Shown here: in pieces, positions 55,125 through 62,679 of the stretch | How the letters are laid out: every line of letters begins with the position of its first letter | Position numbering within the stretch: position 1 is the first letter of the stretch | IMG/VR virus record: IMGVR_UViG_3300035698_029839 | Coordinates: 186,001 to 250,000 of that record | Strand: one strand, 5' to 3' | Length of the DNA stretch: 64,000 nucleotides | Made by a program: the position numbers and the translations under genes | Notes under the pieces: model-generated | What the model was told of the DNA's origin: nothing | The model's input: only the letters and a program-made list of their open reading frames with translations | The model's database searches: none

Positions 55125-56209
55125 AAATTATTTTCCCAAAAAATGAGGAAGAATAACAATGTTAGAAATAATAGCCCTAATAGTATCTTTTCAAGTATGG
55201 TGGTTACTAGCAATAATTACTGTAGTATCCTTCCTAATCACCTATATTATATCTCCTCCTCCCGTAGATGGATCTGGTATAATGCCCTTTCCTGACCCTA
55301 CAGGAGCTATATATTTTGTAATATGTATAATACTAAACCTTATAATGTGGTTGATCTACTTCATAGCAACTTAATCGCGGAAAATTAATAATAACTAATA
55401 CAAAGGAACAATGATGAAAAACATTATAACAGAATGGACAGCATGTAATACAGGAAACACATGGACTGATGAAGATATAGAGCTAGTACTATCTGCTCCT
55501 CCTCTATCCTCTAATTTCCATAAAATAGGAAGAGCTATTGGTAGATCATATAAAGCTATAGAATTTGTCTATATTGTAGCTTCTACTCCAGTACCTACTC
55601 TAAAAGAAACAGGAAGATGGAGTAATCCTTATATAAGACATATAGCGAGAGTTAGCCGTAAAGTAGGATGGAGAAAAGGCTGGGGATGGAAAAAATCTAA
55701 TTTGTTGGAAAATGATGAAAATGAATAAACCTATAAAACAGAAACCAAAACCATTAAAAACTCTTACTAAAGAACAAATAAGAGAATCTATACAATATAC
55801 TATAAAGAATGATATTTGTTATGGAATATTCAAAGCACCAAATAATAACTAATAATGATAATAATCAATGTGTAATAAGATATATAATAATACCTTATAA
55901 TAACTAATAATAGAAACACATAATATCTCTCTTATGAAGAGATCCATAATAAGAAATAATACAATATGATTAGTCCTAATAGGCTAGCACTCTGTCGATA
56001 TTTAGATTTTTTATCTATTGTCGATAGTCCTGACCTATTAGAGAGATCAATATATTTGATAGGATATACAGATATTTAACAGGTAAAATACTGGTTTATA
56101 ACATAGAAAATACTGGTTCTCGATGAATCTTTATAAAAAAGAGAAAAAATATCTGGAAAATTAATAGATTTTTTTATTAAAATTTAAGATTATCCTATCG
56201 AAAAATCGA

Positions 56210-56342
56210 TTGTCTGGAATATCGACAGTATCGAAAAAATTCCAGACAAGCAGGAATTTTCTTGCAAAAGTGAATGAAAAATGGTAAGATATAGAAAATA
56301 GGTTGTCTGGAAAAGAGGGAGTGATTAACTAATTCCAGACAA
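56210..56342. promoter_or_regulatory. two inverted pairs TTGTCTGGAA-N20-TTCCAGACAA flanking a sigma70-like promoter
   Basis: Pairs at 56210-56249 and 56303-56342; TTGCAA-N17-TAAGAT between them. Confidence 0.8.
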
Positions 56343-56370
56343 GTGGTTCTTTGATAGAAAGGTAGCAACA

Positions 56371-57075
56371 ATGGTAGAAATTATGTATAGGCCCTCAGAT
56401 GTGGGTAAAGAGGTAAGGAATAGTCATGGAAAGATAATAAAAATAAGAAAATATCATTTAACAGAAAAGGAAAAAAAGATAGCACAAAACAAGTGGTCAA
56501 AAGTTACAGATAATACGGACAAAAGGATAGTCAAGAGAGCAGGAGAGATCTTTTTCAATCCATTCCGCAAGGGAGTCTATTATTATCAGATATGTTCTTT
56601 ATTTTTATTAGGAGCAAATAAGTGGCATAGTCTGAACTCTATCCTTAAAAAGATGGAGAAAATAATGTCAGAGGTAATAGTCAGAAAAGATGGAATTAGA
56701 ATGACATCATGGGAGAAATTCAGAGGTAAGTCTCAAAGAGTCCATGCTCTTCGCTGTAAGGATTATAAGGGAAGGGTACAGGAGAATATGGTTCTTCTTC
56801 AAAGATTGACTAAATTCCATCCTTACGGATATAAGCTAAGACAAGTATGTAGTGCAATAGATATCATGAGAGTTACTAAGAGAGGATTTCCTAATGGTTG
56901 TTACTCTTATAGGCTACATACTTATGATAATGAGAATCAAGCACTGCCTATGAGAGATTATAGTCAATTTGTTTTTCCTCGACATGAGAGAAAATATGTA
57001 AGTTACAAGTTTATAGGAACTGTTATAACAATGGACAAGGTTATAACTGAAGGGAAAGTAAATGAGATGTCATAA
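56371..57075 (+). CDS. basic hypothetical protein, possibly DNA-binding
   Basis: 234 aa, K/R-rich, directly downstream of the inverted-pair region. Confidence 0.6.
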   Translation: MVEIMYRPSDVGKEVRNSHGKIIKIRKYHLTEKEKKIAQNKWSKVTDNTDKRIVKRAGEIFFNPFRKGVYYYQICSLFLLGANKWHSLNSILKKMEKIMSEVIVRKDGIRMTSWEKFRGKSQRVHALRCKDYKGRVQENMVLLQRLTKFHPYGYKLRQVCSAIDIMRVTKRGFPNGCYSYRLHTYDNENQALPMRDYSQFVFPRHERKYVSYKFIGTVITMDKVITEGKVNEMS

Positions 57076-58008
57076 ATGCAATCAAGATAGTATAAAGATT
57101 GTCATGGATGATGATTTGTCGAAATCTACAATTCACATTATATGTGATATATGTGGTTTAGATATCGATAGTGGTGATAACCCAATGCTCTGTGATCTGT
57201 TTATTTATAATGAGAATCTAGAGGCAGCAGAGAAATTAGGTATAGAAGCCTATATAGAAGATAAAAAGATAGGAGATAATCCTTATACTTTACTTCAATC
57301 TGATCAGATCCTTCTTAATAAGAGATGGGAGATAGGATTTAATAAGGAAAAAGATAGTTATGAGAAAGAGGCCTTATTAATTTCTGCCGAAAATTTAAAA
57401 TATGCTCTAGAAAAAATGGAAGAAGAAAAAACTATTCTTACAGAACAACAAGCAGAACTATCTAAAAACCATACAAAACTATCTAAAAAGGTTAAGAAGC
57501 TCTCTAAGATAGGATACTTGATGGGTTATAAGTATAAAAAAGACCTATTAAAGATAGTCTTAGAAATTCCAGACAAGTGATTTTCTAATCCTATATATAA
57601 AGAACATATATAAAGGAGAAATCATGAGTGATAAGAAAGCATATGTAGACGGTAATTTTGTTGTAGGAGTAGGGTCATATTATCTGTTACGCTGGGCGAT
57701 AGCCTTTTACCCTGCTTTGGTATTTGCAGCATGGATAGTAGAATTAACAAGGCCTGAGGCAGGAGAAAAAGAGACACTCCTTTACTTATTAACTGGCCCT
57801 TTATTCTGTATAGTCTTTACTTTTTGTATATCTAGAATGTTGTTAGTTATTAAGGAATCATGGCCTTTCCTTGTGGGTCTTTATGCTATTACCTTATACC
57901 CGTTTATTAAATTTATGCAGTGGCATGGTAGTTCTGGTGATACTCCTTTTCCTGGAGTTGACTGGTTTCCTTGGTAATTCCAGACAAGTGGTTTTTTAAT
58001 AGTATCAT

Positions 58009-58983
58009 ATGGAGGTAATTATGAATAATAATGTTAAAAAGTTATCAGATATTGAAGCAAGTCCTGTTATTAGGAACAGAACATGGTTTAATGATCTTGA
58101 TCAAGTATATGGAACGAGTATTTCTCCTACTCATAATCTTGGTATGCCTAAAGGTAAGATTAGCTTATGGGCAGGAGAAAGAGGAGTTGGTAAGAGTAGA
58201 TTGTGTATTGAGGTAGTCAAGAAATTTACTACTAACTATTCTGATGGTAAGGTTTTATATTTTCTAACAGAAGCTCCTTTGAATGATTTTGCTCAATGGG
58301 CAGTTGATGATAATTGGCATTATAAGCATATGGTAGAATGTAGTGGTGCTAATAAGATAGATGAGATGGTTGAAATTATTTATCAAGTTAGGCCAAAACT
58401 TATATTTATTGATAGTGTTAACCAGATTGAAGATTTTACAGGCACTGCCAAATCTGCTAAAAGGCTTATAGATGGTGTTGAAGATATAAAAGGTTTAAGA
58501 GAAGCTACTTATGATGTAGGTGCTCACTTAATCTTATTAGGTCAGATGAATGGAGATGGAAAGACTATTAAAGGTGGTTCAAGTTTGCCTCACTTGGTAG
58601 ATATAGAGTTATATGTAGTTATTGAAGATAAGAATAAGGGTTTATTTAGAATAGAAGTAGGTACAAAGCATAGATATGGCAGAACAGATAGAACTGCTAG
58701 GTTCCTGCATACTGACTATGGAGTAAATGAGGCATCTGAATCAGTTACTAATGATTTACCTGATGGTTATAGAAGAGTTTCAGGTTTGAGTCAGAGTGGT
58801 TTTATTACTGTTGGTCCTGATGGCTTGGCAGATACCAATGATCCTGAGTTTTTAGAGCATTTGGAGGCACATAGGTTAATTAACAATATGAACTCTGAAT
58901 CTGTCTATGATCCTGGTGATCCTGGTTTAGGATTACATATTAAGAACAGGGTTCCTACTTTATGGGAAAGATTTATTGGATAA
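58009..58983 (+). CDS. RadA/Sms-like RecA-family ATPase core
   Basis: AGERGVGKS, IFIDSVN, LPHLVD, KHRYG (KNRFG variant); lacks zinc finger and Lon-like domain. Confidence 0.8.
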   Translation: MEVIMNNNVKKLSDIEASPVIRNRTWFNDLDQVYGTSISPTHNLGMPKGKISLWAGERGVGKSRLCIEVVKKFTTNYSDGKVLYFLTEAPLNDFAQWAVDDNWHYKHMVECSGANKIDEMVEIIYQVRPKLIFIDSVNQIEDFTGTAKSAKRLIDGVEDIKGLREATYDVGAHLILLGQMNGDGKTIKGGSSLPHLVDIELYVVIEDKNKGLFRIEVGTKHRYGRTDRTARFLHTDYGVNEASESVTNDLPDGYRRVSGLSQSGFITVGPDGLADTNDPEFLEHLEAHRLINNMNSESVYDPGDPGLGLHIKNRVPTLWERFIG

Positions 58984-59285
58984 AGTTCTTGTAAAGTGAA
59001 AGAGCTTTGGTTATAATTTTTTTAAAGAAGAGCCCATTCTTATGTAAAATGAGTAAGGATAGGTACTTGAGTCTTTTTTCTATTAACAAATTTAACAATT
59101 CGTTAATATATTCTTTAAAAAAATTAAAAAGTAGAGATAAAGTTATTGAAAAGTGAAAGTGAGTTAGTATAATAAGAGATATTGTATCACCCCTCCTCCT
59201 TTGGGGAGAATGATATTTTTTATTGTTTTCCCCAAAATTTTTAAATTAGGGGGTTGACAAGTGAAAGTAGATGTGATAGTATAGA

Positions 59286-59472
59286 GATTCGCGATAGGAG
59301 GTTCTTAATTGAACTGGCTTATCTATGCGGGTCGATGATTCGTGAATAAGGGGAGAATAGGGATATTAATTTATCTCTATTACTCCTAACTATAAATGGG
59401 ACTTAGACGGTTCCCATCGTTACTATGGTTATAGTAGTGAGAGGTACTGGGTTACTTCTCGCTACTATTTTT
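59286..59472 (+). ncRNA. unclassified structured RNA (three hairpins plus terminator)
   Basis: TTGACA promoter at 59254; hairpins GATTCGC/GCGGGTC, GGAGAATAGGGATA/TATCTCTATTACTCC, ATGGGAC/GTTCCCAT; terminator ATAGTAGTGAGAGGTA/TACTTCTCGCTACTAT plus T-tract. Confidence 0.55.
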
Positions 59473-59574
59473 AAAAAAGATTAAAGAAAAAAAAAGGATT
59501 ATCCGATAGTAGTTAATAAATAGAAAGTAATTAGTTTTTGTTCGAGAAAATACAAATTAAGGAATAAACAAGAG

Positions 59575-59727
59575 ATGACTATCTCAACCAGAAATCCTGT
59601 TGTCGCAAATTTACGAAGAAGAAACCATACCTTGGCAGTGCAGCCGATAAGCTGTGCCTTTATTGGTCAAAGGTATGCGGATATGCTCTGGTCCAATTGT
59701 CCTGAAAAGAAACATGGATCGGGGTAG
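59575..59727 (+). CDS. putative attenuator leader peptide, 50 aa: MTISTRNPVVANLRRRNHTLAVQPISCAFIGQRYADMLWSNCPEKKHGSG
   Basis: AAGGA upstream; all 20 amino acids, 40 distinct codons; start and stop lie in the two strands of one helix. Confidence 0.65.
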   Translation: MTISTRNPVVANLRRRNHTLAVQPISCAFIGQRYADMLWSNCPEKKHGSG

Positions 59728-59788
59728 TCGCTTTTGAATTTATAGTTCCTCGTTCAAAGGCGATTACCAAAGGTAATCGTCTTTTTTT
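59723..59788 (+). terminator. antiterminator/terminator switch upstream of the tRNA array
   Basis: Antiterminator 59723-59738/59753-59768 (16 bp, 2 GU) excludes terminator GGCGATTACC-AAA-GGTAATCGTC-T7. Confidence 0.8.
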
Positions 59789-59811
59789 ATTAGAAAAAAG
59801 TAAAGAGAAAA

Positions 59812-59964
59812 ATGGAAACAATAGAAATGTTTAGAGAAATAGCGAAAGTTGATAAGATTCAGGAAAATCATAATGATTTTTATGAAATGGCTGAGAAGTA
59901 TGGATTTTGTACTCCTTGGAGTAATTGTGAAGAGGGTAATGAGTATAGTTCTTTAAAAACGTAA
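59812..59964 (+). CDS. small hypothetical protein (50 aa)
   Basis: ATG 59812 to TAA 59964, manual translation METIEMFREIAKVDKIQENHNDFYEM... Confidence 0.4.
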   Translation: METIEMFREIAKVDKIQENHNDFYEMAEKYGFCTPWSNCEEGNEYSSLKT

Positions 59965-60008
59965 TGAATATAGTTCTTTAAAAAGTAAATAGTATTATCA
60001 CTTAAAAT

Positions 60009-60081
60009 TGTCCTTTAGTGTAATGGCTTAGCACGATTGCCTTTGACGCAATCAGTCGAAGTTCGAATCTTCGGAGGACAG
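60009..60081 (+). tRNA. tRNA-Gln(UUG)
   Basis: Cloverleaf; anticodon loop CT-TTG-AC; T loop TTCGAAT. Confidence 0.9.
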
Positions 60082-60178
60082 CTATGAATAGGATAATGTA
60101 TAAAAATAAAAAAAGGAGTATTCCCCTATTATCAGAATATATATAATATAAAGTACATTTTAATAATAGGAGATTGTA

Positions 60179-60892
60179 ATGAAACAAAAAACAGGGCCTA
60201 AAAGGACTAGTATTATATGGCAGATGTCAAAAAAAGATTTTACAGAAAATGTGAAAAAAAGTTCTACTTTTAAAGAGATATTAAAATATTTTGGATTAGA
60301 AAATAAAGGTAGCAATTACAAAACATTAAAAAAAAGATTAGAGGAAGAAAATATAAATTATTCTCATATTCCTACAGGAGTAGGATGTAACAAAGGAATG
60401 AAAATAAATAGAAAAGCTATCTCATTAGAAAAAGTAATGATAGAAAATTCTACTTATTGCAGGGGGACTCTTAAAAAAAGATTATTAAAGAATGGTATGT
60501 TAGAAAATAAATGTATGATCTGTGATCAACTACCTGAACATAATGGGATTAAATTAGTAATGGTTTTAGATCATATTAATGGAACTCCTAATGATCATAG
60601 ATTAGAAAATTTAAGATTACTTTGTCCTAATTGCAATAGCCAACAATCAACTTTTGCTGGAAAAAGGCATAAAAAACATTATTATTGTGAAAAATGTGGG
60701 AATAAAAGAAAAAATAAACAAAGTAAATATTGTTTTAGTTGTTCTGTTAAATTAAATGGGCAAAATAGAAGAAAAGTTAAAAATAGACCATCTAAAGAAA
60801 AATTATTAAAAGAAATAAAAGAAACTAATTATTGTGCTGTTGGTAGAAAATATGATGTAAGTGATAGTGCTATTAGAAAATGGTTGAAATGA
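60179..60892 (+). CDS. HNH endonuclease in tRNA array (paralog 1)
   Basis: CMIC...LDHING..NDHRLENLRLLCPNCNSQ; C-terminal HTH. Confidence 0.9.
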   Translation: MKQKTGPKRTSIIWQMSKKDFTENVKKSSTFKEILKYFGLENKGSNYKTLKKRLEEENINYSHIPTGVGCNKGMKINRKAISLEKVMIENSTYCRGTLKKRLLKNGMLENKCMICDQLPEHNGIKLVMVLDHINGTPNDHRLENLRLLCPNCNSQQSTFAGKRHKKHYYCEKCGNKRKNKQSKYCFSCSVKLNGQNRRKVKNRPSKEKLLKEIKETNYCAVGRKYDVSDSAIRKWLK

Positions 60893-60895
60893 TAT

Positions 60896-60969
60896 TCCCA
60901 TGTAACTCAATTAGGCAGAGTGGCACGCTGTTAACGTGTTGGTTGTAGGTTCGATTCCTACCGTGGGAG
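60896..60969 (+). tRNA. tRNA-Asn(GUU)
   Basis: Cloverleaf; loop CT-GTT-AA. Confidence 0.9.
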
Positions 60970-61081
60970 TTCGATTCTTTGAAAAGTAAATAGGGGTTCC
61001 AAAAGGAACACACATTGTGTTAAGTTTTAATTACTAACACATGGAGAGGTATAGCACTGAGTGGTATCTCTCCATGTTTTC

Positions 61082-61155
61082 TGACCTATAGCTTATGTGG
61101 GAAAAGCATTCGTCTTATAAGCGAAAGAGTCCAGGTTCGAATCCTGGTGGGTCAA
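61082..61155 (+). tRNA. tRNA-Ile(UAU)
   Basis: Cloverleaf; loop CT-TAT-AA; A73. Confidence 0.88.
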
Positions 61156-61158
61156 TAT

Positions 61159-61231
61159 AGGCATAAAGCTCAGCAGGCAGAGCATCGTGCTGATATCACG
61201 AAGGCCGTTGGTTCGAATCCAGCTATGCCTA
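61159..61231 (+). tRNA. tRNA-Ile(GAU)
   Basis: Cloverleaf; loop CT-GAT-AT. Confidence 0.9.
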
Positions 61232-61299
61232 TTAGAAAGAGGAATTCTTCTTTTTTTCCCGAAATAATATAGAATAAAGGACAAAAGGGAGAATTCATC

Positions 61300-61518
61300 A
61301 TGAAAGAAGTCTTGATAGAATTAGTAAAAAGGGTAAGTAGGAAAGCAGTTATATTAGCAATAGCTATGGTGTTGGTATATATGGTTATTATAACACCGAA
61401 TGCCGTAAATGCAGTGATAGCTATAGGGGTGATTTCTGGTTTATCAATAGTAGGAGCAGGACTTCAATTTTATTTAGATCTTAAAAAGATCAAAGATGAC
61501 GAAACAGATAAAATTTAA
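61300..61518 (+). CDS. small two-helix membrane protein (holin-like)
   Basis: SRK followed by two hydrophobic segments and a charged tail. Confidence 0.5.
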   Translation: MKEVLIELVKRVSRKAVILAIAMVLVYMVIITPNAVNAVIAIGVISGLSIVGAGLQFYLDLKKIKDDETDKI

Positions 61519-61659
61519 GCAGGTTGAATGTGAGTAAGTTATCGCTTATGGAGCCTGATGTGGATGGTTCGATTCCTCCTCTCTCGATTACAAATTGTTC
61601 GAGAGATAGCTTAACGGTAGAGCGCAGTAAAAACACTTATTCCTCCCACATATCTGCTT
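61517..61659 (+). ncRNA. YrlA-like Y RNA with permuted tRNA-like domain (Y1)
   Basis: Terminal stem AAGCAGGT/ATCTGCTT; T arm GGATGGTTCGATTCCTCC, then closed acceptor-like stem TCTCTCGA/TCGAGAGA, then D arm AGCTTAACGGTAGAGC; Ro60 gene in the same window. Confidence 0.8.
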
Positions 61660-61669
61660 TTTTAAACTT

Positions 61670-61763
61670 AGAAATATGGTGATAGGGCCTACAAAGCTTG
61701 GGTCAGCCAACTACCCTAGGGACGCAAGTCATTGGTCTGGGGTCGAGTCCCAGTCATATTTCT
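61670..61763 (+). ncRNA. aberrant tRNA-like RNA without a canonical anticodon loop
   Basis: Acceptor-like AGAAATATGG/TCATATTTCT, T arm CTGGG-GTCGAGT-CCCAG, enlarged branched anticodon arm. Confidence 0.5.
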
Positions 61764-61770
61764 CTTTTTT

Positions 61771-61844
61771 ACCCGCTTCGCTTAGTTGGCTAAAGCATCT
61801 GTCCTACAAACAGAAGATCGTAGGTTCGAGTCCTATCGCGGGTA
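61771..61844 (+). tRNA. tRNA-Val(UAC)
   Basis: Cloverleaf; loop CC-TAC-AA (C33). Confidence 0.85.
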
Positions 61845-61846
61845 TT

Positions 61847-61970
61847 ACACAGGTTGATCGCATGAAGGTTATCGGATAAAACATTTTTTCTTCAAACAAA
61901 AAATGCAAGTAGGGTTCAAACCCTTACAACCCAGAAATGGGAAAATTCTTCTGCACTAACATATCTGTGT
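61847..61970 (+). ncRNA. Y-RNA-like ncRNA (Y2)
   Basis: ACACAGGTTGA...GGTTATCG at 5' end and ACATATCTGTGT at 3' end; internal hairpin plus T-arm-like GTAGGG-TTCAAAC-CCTTAC. Confidence 0.7.
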
Positions 61971-61973
61971 TTT

Positions 61974-62044
61974 CCCCTATTGGTGTAATGGGAGCACGTG
62001 GCACTGTCGATGCCAGGGCAGCAGATCGAAACTGCTATGGGGGG
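61974..62044 (+). tRNA. tRNA-Asp(GUC)
   Basis: Cloverleaf; loop CT-GTC-GA; G73; T loop ATCGAAA. Confidence 0.85.
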
Positions 62045-62049
62045 TTTTT

Positions 62050-62131
62050 GAGAGTATTGAGCAATTGGTGGCTTATCTGGCTGTAACCCAGATTCTGAAA
62101 AGACTTGTAGGTTCGAATCCTTCTGCTCTCA
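62050..62131 (+). tRNA. tRNA-Tyr(GUA)
   Basis: Cloverleaf with long variable arm; loop CT-GTA-AC. Confidence 0.9.
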
Positions 62132-62134
62132 TTT

Positions 62135-62251
62135 GGAGTTACTATGAATAAGAATTCTAGAAACTTATTTTAGTACTTTAGTCGTCTAAGGGCAAGGATA
62201 CCTGTGCAAGCAGGAGATATGGTGTTCGAGTCGTCATCTAAATATTACTCC
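62135..62251 (+). ncRNA. degenerate tRNA-like element in a larger closing stem
   Basis: GGAGT/ACTCC closure; D-arm-like GTCTAAGGGCAAGGAT, short CCTG-TGCAAG-CAGG arm, TTCGAGT T loop. Confidence 0.45.
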
Positions 62252-62256
62252 TAAAT

Positions 62257-62347
62257 GGTAAGTTGGCAGAGTCTGGCTTATTGCACTTGGTTGCTAACCA
62301 AGAGGGCCTTGAATAAGGTCCCATAGGTTCAAATCCTATACTTACCG
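62257..62347 (+). tRNA. tRNA-Ser(GCU)
   Basis: Cloverleaf with long variable arm; loop TT-GCT-AA; G73. Confidence 0.92.
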
Positions 62348-62429
62348 TTAGTGTGGAAAGCCGCACACGTAGTTACTTCCTTTTCGAAGGAGCAGACTAG
62401 GCTTGACGAAGGGGAAGAGACTCCTAACT

Positions 62430-62516
62430 GGATGAGCAAGCAGATTGGTGACTGCACTGGTTTTGAAAACCAACGAGCCTTTAAAAGCCTTGAGAGTTCG
62501 ATTCCCTCCTCATCCG
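62430..62516 (+). tRNA. tRNA-Ser(UGA)
   Basis: Long variable arm; loop TT-TGA-AA; G73. Confidence 0.88.
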
Positions 62517-62522
62517 CTTATT

Positions 62523-62595
62523 AGCGATATGGTGAAAATGGTAATCATAGATCCTTCATAAGGATCAGTTCCTGGTTCGATTCCAGATATCGCTA
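62523..62595 (+). tRNA. tRNA-Met or Ile2 (CAU)
   Basis: Cloverleaf; loop TT-CAT-AA; no initiator GGG/CCC stem. Confidence 0.85.
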
Positions 62596-62603
62596 TTTAT
62601 CAA

Positions 62604-62679
62604 CTGAACGTGGGGAAGTTTGGCCTAACCCGCCTGGTCTGGAGCCAGGAGAACGCTGGTTCAAATCCAGCCGTTCAGA
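62604..62679 (+). tRNA. tRNA-Pro(UGG)
   Basis: C1-G72, A73; stem CCTGG/CCAGG; loop TC-TGG-AG (C33, A37). Confidence 0.82.

Noticed and set aside
11428-58001. TTCCAGACAA repeats or Y-like repeats as a CRISPR array
   Set aside because: Copies are hundreds to thousands of bases apart with genes between them, there are no regular 30-40-nt spacers, and no cas genes are present.
59575-59730. 6S RNA, T-box or a known metabolite riboswitch
   Set aside because: No T-box, SAM, cobalamin, TPP or c-di-AMP consensus is visible. The fold is branched and tied to a terminator switch, unlike 6S. An Rfam scan is still needed to exclude these formally.
61676-61879. 67-aa plus-strand ORF in the tRNA array
   Set aside because: It overlaps a tRNA-like RNA, tRNA-Val and Y2, so it is most likely a chance frame in structured RNA.
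61880-61930. tRNA-Sec or opal suppressor (CTTCAAA loop)
   Set aside because: The loop is 8 nt on an A/T stem, there is no acceptor stem or D arm, and it lies inside the Y2 element.
62350-62440. Hammerhead ribozyme
   Set aside because: GAAA and TGACGA are present but not in a valid core order with stems I-III; the apparent CTGGATGAG overlaps the start of tRNA-Ser.
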